DNA of 28,578 nt from a virus. Where the stretch lies: positions 1 to 28,578 of IMG/VR virus record IMGVR_UViG_3300035190_001531; one strand, written 5' to 3'. The translations under genes were made by a program, and so were the position numbers. Shown piece by piece: positions 1-9,352 of this stretch; the first letter of the stretch is position 1; each line of letters starts with the position of its first letter. The notes below the pieces were generated by a model. The model was not told the DNA's origin, searched no databases, and saw only the letters and a program-made list of their open reading frames with translations.

Positions 1-4
1 GATA

Positions 5-487
5 ATGCCTTGGATGGGAAGTAAAGCCAATATAGCCGCGATTGTGGCTTTAGATGTGACAACTTTGCAGGATGGTATAACTTTCTGGGCTATTGCAGAA
101 AAAACCTGGTTAGCATTGGTTAAAACAGACACGACTTCAACAGCAAACAGTAAAAGTTGCTTCACTGCCACAGGGGGCGGTAGATGGTTTCTCTCTAGGG
201 ATTCTACAGTTGTTGCCACTACCACGCCAACGGGGGCGGCTGCGATTGGAACCCGTTGGATATATCAAGAGAATGGGGCGGTCAATAACTATGATTCAGT
301 CCTAACCTATGTTTACAACGGCACGGCATGGGTTGAGACAGATGCCAGAATGCGCGTACACACTAACACCCCGGCAAGTGTTTCCAAGACCCCCAATAGT
401 GCGAGAGAGACGTGGCGAGATACCTCGACAGGGATTTTATATCGTCCCTTTAACGGGGGGTGGGTAGCAGGAGAGGGAGCTACTTAA
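5..487 (+). CDS. Putative phage tail/virion-associated protein; may extend upstream of the window
   Basis: 160-aa ORF with beta-rich, low-complexity Thr/Gly composition typical of tail-fibre/collar proteins. It overlaps the next ORF, suggesting translational coupling. No specific motif was recognised. Confidence 0.4.
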   Translation: MPWMGSKANIAAIVALDVTTLQDGITFWAIAEKTWLALVKTDTTSTANSKSCFTATGGGRWFLSRDSTVVATTTPTGAAAIGTRWIYQENGAVNNYDSVLTYVYNGTAWVETDARMRVHTNTPASVSKTPNSARETWRDTSTGILYRPFNGGWVAGEGAT

Positions 488-1260
488 TGATTCAATTTAC
501 CTGTGGAAGTTCACAACCTTTGGACTTAACGCTATTTGACGGGGTTGTGATTGGCTACCATTGGCAGTTATTTGTTGACCGGAACGGGACTAAAAACCCT
601 CTGGACTTCCCAGATAAAATCATCCGAGCGCAATTCCTTTATGGGCATAAACATCAAAAGCCCTGTCCATTTTCCGGTTGTGATTCAATTAAGGAATGGG
701 TGGGGCAACGGGTTGGGAAATTTTCTCAGGTGAGTGAATGGGTAATTGCCAATGAATTTACCGATGACCTAGGGGTCGCATACCCCAACTACAAGCTCGA
801 TGACTTAAAGCGATATTGTGAAGCCGCGCATATTGCCAATCCCAAAGCTCGATTAATTTTGGGAGATTTCAAACCCCACCTATTCAATAAATGGGATGCG
901 ATCGCTAACATCTGTCACGAATTAGCCAAAGATTTTCCGGTAGAGGTAGGGATTCAAACTCATTTGAAAACCTATAATGCTCCGGTGATCCTAACCAGAT
1001 TACCTAAAATTATTGAGATGTTTGATGTTCCCGTGCATTTTATTGAGGCGAGTTTATGGTATAAATCCGTTGCCGATAAAGCGATTTGTAATGGGCTATG
1101 GTCGGAGTTGATATCAATAGCCGAACAGCATCAAGTCCAATCGTTTTGTAATTGGTGGTTATACTCTGAGGATGCGGAGGTTGGGCGACGGATGCCTACT
1201 TTTGATGGTTTAAAGCTGTTTATTCCTCGTGAGGTAGGGGATAATATTGAACTCCCGTAA
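460..1260 (+). CDS. Glycoside hydrolase family 10-like (endo-xylanase-like) protein, probably virion or tail associated
   Basis: GH10-like motifs: 'EWVIANEF' (acid/base Glu region), 'ANPKARLILGDF', 'EVGIQTHL' and 'VPVHFIEASLWY' (nucleophile Glu region). The likely start may be the internal Met at about 487 (MIQFTCG). Confidence 0.6.
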   Translation: MGSRRGSYLMIQFTCGSSQPLDLTLFDGVVIGYHWQLFVDRNGTKNPLDFPDKIIRAQFLYGHKHQKPCPFSGCDSIKEWVGQRVGKFSQVSEWVIANEFTDDLGVAYPNYKLDDLKRYCEAAHIANPKARLILGDFKPHLFNKWDAIANICHELAKDFPVEVGIQTHLKTYNAPVILTRLPKIIEMFDVPVHFIEASLWYKSVADKAICNGLWSELISIAEQHQVQSFCNWWLYSEDAEVGRRMPTFDGLKLFIPREVGDNIELP

Positions 1261-2461
1261 TAAGTCTTTTGTAATAAACAGGAAAACTAATCGAGTCAAT
1301 AGGTAGTATAGTGGGAGTAACTTTTATTTCTTTAAATACAAAATTATTTATATCATCAAGGTCTATTATTATTAATTGCAAAACAACATCTTCTGTTAGC
1401 AACTTAGAAGGATCTTCAATTGGTTCAATATAATATATTTTATTATTAACAAATGTTGATGATTCAGAGCTATTGATTGCCCAAGCAAATTTTTCTAAGT
1501 TTTCCAAGTCTATATTTGTAGACATTGGATTTATTACTTCCTCTGGCAAAGTATGCTCAAGAATATAACCACTGTGATATTTAAAAAAATTGCGTTCGAT
1601 AGAGGGGATTGTTTGGTATGAGTACCTATTTATTTCGGTTGAACTACCTGATTCGAGATCGTATAACTCAAATATTATTTCGTCATTACTAACTCGCCCT
1701 TCTGAACCTGGATCGTAATTTGTTATTTTCTTAGTAAAAAATGCGTGTGTTGCACCTCTTAAAAGATTGACCCCTACAAGAGATCTATCTCCTCCATAAG
1801 TATCACCGTTACCAAAAACAGGTTCATAGGATATTGATTCTTTTATTGAATAGGTTATTGGTGCGACAAGTCTGTCGAAATAACGATATCCCTCTGGGGA
1901 AACAGTTGGTGAAGCATAAACAAATTCAGGAACAGATTTATAAATAACAGGTGGATTTTCCTCTCCATACCACAACCGACAACCAATATTAATTCCACGC
2001 ACAGACTCTTCTGCAATAACTGCTTCAGACCCCCAAAAATACCCGTCTCCTAGTGATATAACATAATCAGTGTTTACTTGAGATGTTCCTGGCGGCCCTG
2101 CCGATGTGATTCTAGTCTCGGTTTTTTCAAAACAAAAACTTAAATCATCATTACTACCATTCGTGTAATTCAAAAACTTAGTATCTTCAGATGAAGAACT
2201 ATTGAACGCCCCTGCTACCGAGAAATTCCAGTTCATTCTATCTATCCCTCTGTTCTTGAGCAATGTTCCTATTGTTCCGTCAAAGAAGTTAAAGTCTTGA
2301 TATTTTAACTTTATAGGGATAGCTGACATTCCTGGTATTCCCACAAAAAATAAGTTTTCCCCTTCTCCTCCACTTGCATATAATTGAAATCCGACCAAAA
2401 ATTTTATATGCCCTTGCGTATAGGCTCTTGTTCTAAACTTATAAGTCCCATTAATATTCAT
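1220..2461 (-). CDS. Hypothetical protein, possible virion/structural protein
   Basis: Long 413-aa ORF whose start overlaps the stop of the next ORF (2458). Confidence 0.6.
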   Translation of the reverse strand: MNINGTYKFRTRAYTQGHIKFLVGFQLYASGGEGENLFFVGIPGMSAIPIKLKYQDFNFFDGTIGTLLKNRGIDRMNWNFSVAGAFNSSSSEDTKFLNYTNGSNDDLSFCFEKTETRITSAGPPGTSQVNTDYVISLGDGYFWGSEAVIAEESVRGINIGCRLWYGEENPPVIYKSVPEFVYASPTVSPEGYRYFDRLVAPITYSIKESISYEPVFGNGDTYGGDRSLVGVNLLRGATHAFFTKKITNYDPGSEGRVSNDEIIFELYDLESGSSTEINRYSYQTIPSIERNFFKYHSGYILEHTLPEEVINPMSTNIDLENLEKFAWAINSSESSTFVNNKIYYIEPIEDPSKLLTEDVVLQLIIIDLDDINNFVFKEIKVTPTILPIDSISFPVYYKRLITGVQYYPLPHEE

Positions 2462-3366
2462 ATAATTATCGTTTTGTTACAGTCAAAATAGATTTCTGAT
2501 TCTATTCTATCGTAATATAAACTGCTTTTTTGTGGCGTTGTGTACCCGTAAGCAAAAGCCACCAAGGAATCATTATCCTTGTCTACCGAGTACAAGAATA
2601 GAATATTGGCTTTATCATCTTCTGAACCCATATACTGAACCCCTGTTGATAACTGAATAGAAACCCAAGGGGTAAAAGTGGAGACTGTGTTAACAACCTG
2701 AATATTTGTATAGTCAACCGTTGTCACCGATTCAGGAATTACCCCCGATAAGATATCGCTAGACTTAGTTAATATAATCCCATTGTCATCTACCACAAAC
2801 GAAGCCAGAGACTGAGAAGAAACCCCAAACCCCGTAAACCAATCAACGTTGCTACTAAACCACGTCATGCACTCCCTAGAGAAGCAATCCAATGGCGGTG
2901 CGGTGGTAACATTCCGATCCTTCTTATCGTAATTTGAAACAGTTATAACTTCGTTTATCCCATCTTCATCTATCCTGAACAAATAGAGTGATTTGGCTTT
3001 ATTTGCCTTAGCAGATGGGATTGAAATATCACTATAGCTAACATAAACGGGCGACGATTCCGGTCGGGTATAGGCAAAGGGATTTTTAATTGATACTGTC
3101 CCTATGGGTGAGTTCAAAAACTCGGCTTCAGTGTTTAAACATAGCCATTCTGAGTTGGTTGTGGAGTGAAACATCGGGACAATAGTTGATATTCCTAGGC
3201 CATAACTAACGGTTGAATCCCATTGTTTCTTAGCTACTAACTCCAAAAATTCCACTGTTGGCAGTAACGAAACCGAACTAACATAATCAGTTGTCGTTGG
3301 CATTTCTCCCTCTGATCTCTCCAATAATATTCTAACACCCAAACCCATAAAACAAAAAGCCACCAA
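2458..3366 (-). CDS. Hypothetical protein, possible virion/structural protein
   Basis: 302-aa ORF overlapping the downstream ORF by 4 nt, an operon-like arrangement. Confidence 0.6.
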   Translation of the reverse strand: MVAFCFMGLGVRILLERSEGEMPTTTDYVSSVSLLPTVEFLELVAKKQWDSTVSYGLGISTIVPMFHSTTNSEWLCLNTEAEFLNSPIGTVSIKNPFAYTRPESSPVYVSYSDISIPSAKANKAKSLYLFRIDEDGINEVITVSNYDKKDRNVTTAPPLDCFSRECMTWFSSNVDWFTGFGVSSQSLASFVVDDNGIILTKSSDILSGVIPESVTTVDYTNIQVVNTVSTFTPWVSIQLSTGVQYMGSEDDKANILFLYSVDKDNDSLVAFAYGYTTPQKSSLYYDRIESEIYFDCNKTIII

Positions 3367-3436
3367 GCGGATGCCGGGTAGCTTTAAGGGAGAATCTTTC
3401 CACCAGTATTATTATAACACGAAAACATTAACATAA

Positions 3437-3604
3437 TCAGTCGTTGTTGGTATTGCGATCGCACTCCTCGTCTACGGGATAAAAAACTATATATCCCTTT
3501 GAGTTTATTGTCACTTTACACTTAATCGTCTTCCCTTGATTGTCGAGTAAATACCCTACAATCGACGGCGCAGCTATTTCCGTTGGTGCTGTTTCTGTTG
3601 TCAC
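3437..3604 (-). CDS. Small hypothetical protein (55 aa, GTG start) not in the supplied ORF track
   Basis: Manual translation: VTTETAPTEIAAPSIVGYLLDNQGKTIKCKVTINSKGYIVFYPVDEECDRNTNND*. A GAGG-like ribosome-binding site precedes the GTG. Confidence 0.45.
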   Translation of the reverse strand: MTTETAPTEIAAPSIVGYLLDNQGKTIKCKVTINSKGYIVFYPVDEECDRNTNND

Positions 3605-3635
3605 TTTTATTTCCTCAATTCTTATCTAAATTTGT

Positions 3636-3908
3636 TCATGTTGATCTTTTCCACGCTTTTCTGCAATCTTCAGAAGTGAACTTGTACAGTGTTCCTTTAT
3701 CACGAGATGTCTTGCCACCTTTACGACCTATCTCAGTCATGTAGTCTTTGTTTCGTGATATGGAAGCCCCGCCATCGCTACACTCGTCTGGCGTGAATTT
3801 ATGAAGCGTTCCTTTATCGTGAGATGCTTTACCCCCTTTGCTAGAAACCTCCCGACGTTTTTCTGGGCTCATAGCAGCAAAACCACATTTCTTATTTTCT
3901 GATTTCAT
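3636..3908 (-). CDS. KGG-motif (stress-induced/Con-10-like) small protein
   Basis: Repeated motifs 'SSKGGKASHDKGTLHKFTPDEC' and 'GRKGGKTSRDKGTLYKFTSEDC'. The N-terminus 'GFAAMSPEKRREVSSKGGKA' is typical of KGG repeat proteins. Confidence 0.75.
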   Translation of the reverse strand: MKSENKKCGFAAMSPEKRREVSSKGGKASHDKGTLHKFTPDECSDGGASISRNKDYMTEIGRKGGKTSRDKGTLYKFTSEDCRKAWKRST

Positions 3909-4032
3909 AATTTTACTAACATCTAAGTTAATATTTATTTTAACACAAATACCTTATAATAAAGAAAAAGTATCTGAGTTTGTAGAGAATCTCAGATACT
4001 TTTAAAAAGCAAACACACAAAGCAACAACATA

Positions 4033-4584
4033 ATGATTATACAACAACTTTCACTATTTGAAACACAACCCGTAATTCTTGATTCAAACGAAAATTATAC
4101 CCCGTCTGATTTGATTGATTTAGTCCATGAGTTTTATGGATTTCCTGAATTAGACCCTTTTAGCTGTGAACTTGCCAACCGAACGGTAAAAGCTCAAAAG
4201 ATATTTACAATTCAAGATGATGGATTTAAACAGAACTGGAGACGGGCTAAAACACTCTGGTTAAACCCTCCCTACAGCGCGGGATTTATTGAGAAGGTTG
4301 TTGATAAATTGATTGCAACATTGAACGAGACTGAATCGGAAGCATTCTTGTTAACCAATACCGACAACAGTACGGTTTGGTACAAAAAGGCTTTGAATCG
4401 GTGCGATCGCTTCTGCCTACCGTCAACTCGGTTAACTTTTTATTCCCCAAAACGGGCGCAGGATGGGAAGAAACAAAACCAAAACCGATTCTCCCAAACT
4501 CTATTTTATTTTGGATTGCAACCTCAAAGATTTGAGGAAATTTTTGAGGGTTGGGGAACTGTTTGCCAGACTTCCAAATGGTAA
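4033..4584 (+). CDS. Phage-type DNA N-6-adenine methyltransferase (Dam family)
   Basis: 'DPFSCELANRTVKAQKIFTIQDDGF...WLNPPYSAGFIEKVVDKL': the NPPY catalytic motif and overall layout match the phage N6-adenine-methyltransferase family. Confidence 0.85.
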   Translation: MIIQQLSLFETQPVILDSNENYTPSDLIDLVHEFYGFPELDPFSCELANRTVKAQKIFTIQDDGFKQNWRRAKTLWLNPPYSAGFIEKVVDKLIATLNETESEAFLLTNTDNSTVWYKKALNRCDRFCLPSTRLTFYSPKRAQDGKKQNQNRFSQTLFYFGLQPQRFEEIFEGWGTVCQTSKW

Positions 4585-4642
4585 AAAATAACCCCTGTAA
4601 ATTAATTTACAGGGGTTTAAAGTTTTAGCTATTAATCACTGG

Positions 4643-4855
4643 TTATATATCGCCACGACTGACCTCGCGCCGAAGATCCAGGTCTTTATTTAAAACAAAT
4701 ACTCCATCTTGGAGTTCAATCAAATAGCCTGGTTTCAGTGCTTCAAAGATAGATCCTTGACACCGATCTGCTTTTTTATAATCCCCTGTAGACGCTAACT
4801 TGCCTTCCACGAAATTCAGAAAACCATCTTTGTTAAAGATTTTAATATCTCTCAT
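4643..4855 (-). CDS. Small hypothetical protein
   Basis: 70-aa ORF in the leftward block. Confidence 0.45.
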   Translation of the reverse strand: MRDIKIFNKDGFLNFVEGKLASTGDYKKADRCQGSIFEALKPGYLIELQDGVFVLNKDLDLRREVSRGDI

Positions 4856-4913
4856 TTGCTTTGTCCTTTATCAATCATTAATTTAGGGTGCTTTTTATTT
4901 GTTGAAACTTAAC

Positions 4914-5111
4914 CTATAAAGTAATCGTTTTTCCTGTTAAAAGATTTTCGAGAGCAACTCGATTTTCCATTAGGTGAATGGACTCTCCATCAAGACACTG
5001 AGATCCTATCTCGCCCTTTCTAATTTTCAAACAGTGGCTTGTTTTATTTGTCATTACCACCACAGGAATAGGGGGATAAGGTGGGGCTACTATGTATGCC
5101 GATAATTTCAT
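4914..5111 (-). CDS. Small hypothetical protein
   Basis: 65-aa ORF in the leftward block. Confidence 0.4.
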   Translation of the reverse strand: MKLSAYIVAPPYPPIPVVVMTNKTSHCLKIRKGEIGSQCLDGESIHLMENRVALENLLTGKTITL

Positions 5112-5164
5112 AATTATTGATTTAGTCCTCTGCGCTAACTCCTATTATAGTACAAATCAAACCC

Positions 5165-5632
5165 TCAATATCTCCGCCTTAAATATTCTGCCAATAATAA
5201 CGCCTCTGCCCTCCCGTGATGTTTTTCGAGTTTAAGATTGTTAGTTTCACCTGGAAACATCTGCAACGCCATCACCCTTGACGCTTTCTTATCTTTTCCT
5301 ATTAGGCTGTAGTGCTTTTTCCATGCCTGGGGAGTAACAAACTCCATCGGGATTCCTAGCGTTGCAATAATCCCAAGCCAAATCCCAAAACCCATCCCAA
5401 AGTTAAAAGTAGAAGATACCCCTTGCTTGGGCATTGCATGAACATTCTCAATAATTAGGTGAGTATTGATGGTGATCATTTCCTTCAGTCCAGATGCCAT
5501 TAATGTCGGGTTGGGGCGTATCTTTCCACTAATCTTAATCACTGGACAGTCGAGAAATTTAACCTCACCATTAGAAATCCTACACACTGCCCCCGTCGCT
5601 CCGGGGTCAATTCCGATAAATGTTTTAGTCAT
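5165..5632 (-). CDS. RuvC-like Holliday junction resolvase, phage/plasmid type
   Basis: 'FIGIDPGATGAVCRI' (RuvC-like first Asp), 'LIIENVHAMPKQGVSSTFNFG' (Glu), 'TPQAWKKHY', 'HHGRAEALLLAEYLRR' (C-terminal acidic motif). Confidence 0.85.
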   Translation of the reverse strand: MTKTFIGIDPGATGAVCRISNGEVKFLDCPVIKISGKIRPNPTLMASGLKEMITINTHLIIENVHAMPKQGVSSTFNFGMGFGIWLGIIATLGIPMEFVTPQAWKKHYSLIGKDKKASRVMALQMFPGETNNLKLEKHHGRAEALLLAEYLRRRY

Positions 5633-5945
5633 TATCCGTTGTTGTTTGTAAATAGTTGATAACAGATGGGCTATAGTCAGATATTAAAATTCTTTCAATT
5701 GCCCAAGAGAAGTTGTATTTATCAATTTTTTCACCAAGTCTTCTGCTTAGAATTTTAAATATTATTCTGATTTTATCGCCAATATAAGCAGATCCATAAT
5801 TTAGATTTTTGGCAATCTCAGGATAAGTATTGTCGTTTAATATTCCCTCGAGAATCTTTCTAGTCAAGCTATCAAGATGTTTTCCGGTCTCGGAAAATAC
5901 CAAACTATCAACCAACCAGATATATTCTAACTGTTCCCTAGTCAC
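5625..5945 (-). CDS. HTH protein resembling the cyanobacterial vWA-MoxR-associated N-terminal HTH domain
   Basis: 'LTRKILEGILNDNTYPEIAKNLNYGSAYIGDKIRIIFKILSRRLGEKIDKYNF' fits that HTH pattern. Confidence 0.6.
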   Translation of the reverse strand: MTREQLEYIWLVDSLVFSETGKHLDSLTRKILEGILNDNTYPEIAKNLNYGSAYIGDKIRIIFKILSRRLGEKIDKYNFSWAIERILISDYSPSVINYLQTTTDND

Positions 5946-6270
5946 CTATAAAATCTCCCTCCGCATGGTAGATCCCATTATGAATTTTAAAACCTTCAAT
6001 ATTCTCGGTTTCAATATCCGAAAAACTTACCCGTTCACTAACCATCCAGATTAGTAATTTTTCTAAAGTGTCAAAAGCTGGAAGGTGTGGCAGTTCAAGC
6101 CTTAATCTATCGGGTGTTCCAAAAGCACCTTTAAAGTGAGTGCTGAATTTAAAGATAGAATAATGGCGATCGCTTACCCCTCTTGATATTTTTTCCACTT
6201 CATCGAGTAGGCATCCTAAGTTTTCCATCCTAAGTTTTCCATCCTTTCTTAGCACTGTTGGCATCCGCAA
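5938..6270 (-). CDS. Hypothetical protein
   Basis: 110-aa ORF overlapping its neighbours on the same strand. Confidence 0.45.
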   Translation of the reverse strand: MRMPTVLRKDGKLRMENLGCLLDEVEKISRGVSDRHYSIFKFSTHFKGAFGTPDRLRLELPHLPAFDTLEKLLIWMVSERVSFSDIETENIEGFKIHNGIYHAEGDFIGD

Positions 6271-6505
6271 AAGCTATATGATCTCGCGTTACCTGCCACT
6301 TGTAACGAGGTCTTAGTCCCTCTCCAATCCTAACACAATCCGAGTCTGTATCAGTCAAAGGAATCGCGCCGTTCTGATATTTAAACAGGGCTTTTGTTAC
6401 CCAGTTAATATCAGTTAATTGTTGATTTCCCCCGCGCTTTTTTGCTGTCTCAACAACTAATTCCGCGATCTCTGGATAATCTAATTTTAATTTTGCTTTT
6501 GCCAT
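6230..6505 (-). CDS. Small hypothetical protein
   Basis: 91-aa ORF, 'MAKAKLKLDYPEIAELVVETAKKRGGNQQLTDINWVTKALFKYQNG'; compact plausible fold, tightly packed with its neighbour. Confidence 0.5.
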   Translation of the reverse strand: MAKAKLKLDYPEIAELVVETAKKRGGNQQLTDINWVTKALFKYQNGAIPLTDTDSDCVRIGEGLRPRYKWQVTRDHIAFADANSAKKGWKT

Positions 6506-6668
6506 TAAGACTCCTGTTCGTTATCTATGGTTTTCTTCATTCCTGAGTTAACAGGTGTTAGTCCCTCTCGCCACGCCAACCATCGGGTTTGCTGGTTTAG
6601 TTTGGAGGCGTTATAGTCTTCTAGGGTGATGTTCCAATCCTCAATAGGGGAATAGTTTTAATTTTTTA

Positions 6669-7037
6669 TTATTTTAGATTGGAAAAAGAAATAGCTAATG
6701 TATTTTTTATCCCACCATATAAATCATAAAATTCGACAATTATTGATTCATTTGGTTTCATCACTCGATAACTTCTATCAAAATATCCTGAACAATAGTC
6801 TGTACCGTAATCTTTTTTACAAATAACACGAAAAGGGATATCTGAAGTGATGTTTAATTGTTGAGGTATATCTAAAGGATTTTTTATTATGTATTGTGTT
6901 TTTTTGTTTTTTGATATAAAAACTAGATAATTTCCTGAACGATTAAATATCGTTCTATTTTCATTAGCTAAACATAAATTAGCAAAAGATATGCTCAATA
7001 ATGTAACAGTCAATAGTGATAAAAACAGTTTTTTCAT
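6669..7037 (-). CDS. Secreted/periplasmic small protein with signal peptide
   Basis: N-terminus MKKLFLSLLTVTLLSISFANLCLANEN, a classic signal peptide, followed by a 95-aa mature part with 3 Cys. Confidence 0.6.
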   Translation of the reverse strand: MKKLFLSLLTVTLLSISFANLCLANENRTIFNRSGNYLVFISKNKKTQYIIKNPLDIPQQLNITSDIPFRVICKKDYGTDYCSGYFDRSYRVMKPNESIIVEFYDLYGGIKNTLAISFSNLK

Positions 7038-7081
7038 TATTTTTTCTTGTTTTGTTTTATTGTAATTTTACCATTATTTTA

Positions 7082-8974
7082 CTACATATCAGGTAAAAAG
7101 TTTACACTTCTGAAACCATTAATTTCCTTGATTAGTTTTTGACCTAAACCAAAATTTTGCAATTCATCAAATATTAACTCAGTATTTTCAGCATTCAAAC
7201 CGAATTGAGTTCTGAGTGATGACTTGCGGTAACAGTCACGGGCGGGTATAGGTTCACCCTTAAATATTTCTTTGATAAAATTAAACACCGCTTGAGCTGA
7301 TGGTGAAAGTGTTTTATCCGGCAATACTTTATTGGCTGTACCATTCCACGAAGGTTTATATTTGGCTTGTAATTCAGATTCAAGGCTTAAACGCTTTTGC
7401 TCGTCCCAACCTTTTGTAATATAAAAAGCAACCTTCACAGATAGATTACCAACAGATTCAAGATGTTTCTTGACGTGATGTTCCCAATCACCTCGATTAT
7501 TCCAACGCCTCCAAAGGTCTTTAGATTGACCTATATAGAGGGGATTTTGATAGCCGTCAACAAATACACAGTATACCCCTGCTTCGTGTTGTGGTAGCCA
7601 CTGTAAACCACTGGGATAATCAATAGATTGCCATGTGTTGCAATCTAATGGGTTTATTGATTGCAGTACACTAGGAACATCTTTTTCAATCTTAGGGAGT
7701 GAAACCGTCTTAACGTCTATGGGTTTGTTTAAAAAATTAGGATTCAATAAACCTTCGGGGGCATTGCCTTTTTTCCTATACTCAACATGATGTTTGTGGG
7801 TTGGATGTTCGGCGATTTGATGTTGATTTGATCCACAAACAACAACAGGATAGGGAGCATTTTGGATATATTGAAATTCATGGGTGTCGTGCTTCCATAG
7901 ATTTTGAATTTCATTCCTAGCACTAGCGCCACAGAGGATTAAAAGGAAATTATTTCTAAACTTACCATCAATCCCTATGGCTTCAGTATTATGAGATTGC
8001 ATAAAACCGATTAAACAAATATCAAATTTCCTGGCGTTAGAAAGTTTCCGAATCGCATAAGTAAAGGTCTTAACTCTTTTTTCTTTGCTTTGTAATGGTT
8101 TGATAATATCTAATTGTGCTAACTCGGACATCGTGTCGTTAATCTCATCTAAACAAATTATTATAGAATGCCCGTCTTTTTCTTTCCGGTTTTCAACTTC
8201 TTCAATCAACCAGCACAAAATCTGATAAATTGTTTCAACATCTGATTCAATTCTGGGAAATCCCATCTGTTCCCAAATGGGATTCTTAGAAGCATGAATA
8301 TCCAAAACAATCACTTCGGCGGGTCTATGTTGAGTCAATTTACCAATCACGAAACCAGCGCCTAGAGATGTTTTTGCGCTCCCAGAATTTCCCCCGATCA
8401 ATATTCCCGAAGATTCATCTGCTAATTTATCCCAATTATAAAAGTTTAAGGTATTATCAGAGGGAATTTCACAGGGGACGAACGACAATCCATCAGAAGG
8501 AATATTATAATTATCTTGATTATATTCTGTAGAAATCTCTCGGTCTAAAACCATTAATTGATTCCGGCGAAGATTCCTTTCATTATCTTCTGGTTGGTTT
8601 TGTGGCGATGGTGGTGATGGTGGCAATATTTGATTATGGTTTTTGATTGGCGCGATCGCCTGTTGGCTTTCGTCTAAATATTTAATATCCCTAAACTTTT
8701 CTAACTCATATTCCATCCCCAACCGCCGCAGGAATATAGCCTCGGTTTGTTCCTCTAATTTGGCTTGCAACTTAGATGATTTTTCTGCCTGACACCCCAT
8801 CACCCAACCCGCAACAGATAACACCGCACCAGCAGATGTTCCAACTATCCCTAATTGTGGGTTTTTGTTGATTGCCAAAGGTGAGAGAATTGCCAGACTA
8901 CAGCCAGCAATGGTTAGACCTATTGACCATGTTGACAGGTGAGGATTTTTTAAATGTTCAGGGGTGTTATTCAT
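7082..8974 (-). CDS. Membrane-anchored P-loop ATPase (FtsK/HerA/VirD4-like) with a C-terminal GIY-YIG nuclease-like domain
   Basis: Two N-terminal TM segments; Walker A-like 'GILIGGNSGSAKTSLGAGFVIG' (Ala at the usual Gly position); Walker B-like 'HSIIICLDEIND'; GIY-YIG-like 'GVYCVFVDGYQNPLYIGQSKDLWRRWNNR...KVAFYITKGWDEQKRLSLESELQAKYKPSWNG'; C-terminal wHTH-like tail. Confidence 0.75.
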   Translation of the reverse strand: MNNTPEHLKNPHLSTWSIGLTIAGCSLAILSPLAINKNPQLGIVGTSAGAVLSVAGWVMGCQAEKSSKLQAKLEEQTEAIFLRRLGMEYELEKFRDIKYLDESQQAIAPIKNHNQILPPSPPSPQNQPEDNERNLRRNQLMVLDREISTEYNQDNYNIPSDGLSFVPCEIPSDNTLNFYNWDKLADESSGILIGGNSGSAKTSLGAGFVIGKLTQHRPAEVIVLDIHASKNPIWEQMGFPRIESDVETIYQILCWLIEEVENRKEKDGHSIIICLDEINDTMSELAQLDIIKPLQSKEKRVKTFTYAIRKLSNARKFDICLIGFMQSHNTEAIGIDGKFRNNFLLILCGASARNEIQNLWKHDTHEFQYIQNAPYPVVVCGSNQHQIAEHPTHKHHVEYRKKGNAPEGLLNPNFLNKPIDVKTVSLPKIEKDVPSVLQSINPLDCNTWQSIDYPSGLQWLPQHEAGVYCVFVDGYQNPLYIGQSKDLWRRWNNRGDWEHHVKKHLESVGNLSVKVAFYITKGWDEQKRLSLESELQAKYKPSWNGTANKVLPDKTLSPSAQAVFNFIKEIFKGEPIPARDCYRKSSLRTQFGLNAENTELIFDELQNFGLGQKLIKEINGFRSVNFLPDM

Positions 8975-9317
8975 TGTTTCCTTGAGGTAGAGAGAAAAAT
9001 ATCCAACATGAAACCGTTATTGTTAATAATAAAATCCACAATAATAATCTTAAGACTATCCAAGATTGTCCTATTCCTAAAGCGTAAAATATGCCAATCA
9101 ATAAAGATATTGCACCGAATATCAACTCATCAGAATCGGTTGATTGTTGATTCTCTGATAACAAATAAACTGCCACGCCGCCAACAATTGAACCCAGATA
9201 AAGACAAATTGATAACACTCTAACCTCTGGATAAGTTAGTGCGAAATGGGACAGTAAAAAGGAACAAGATAAACCTGTTCCAAAGATTGAAAACTTTTTG
9301 ACTTTCCATAGTTTCAT
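8967..9317 (-). CDS. Small multi-pass membrane protein
   Basis: Three to four hydrophobic segments in 116 aa; overlaps the start of the ATPase gene. Confidence 0.55.
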   Translation of the reverse strand: MKLWKVKKFSIFGTGLSCSFLLSHFALTYPEVRVLSICLYLGSIVGGVAVYLLSENQQSTDSDELIFGAISLLIGIFYALGIGQSWIVLRLLLWILLLTITVSCWIFFSLPQGNNE

Positions 9318-9352
9318 GTTCTGATTGGGGGATGTTTCACCCCCAAATAAAT

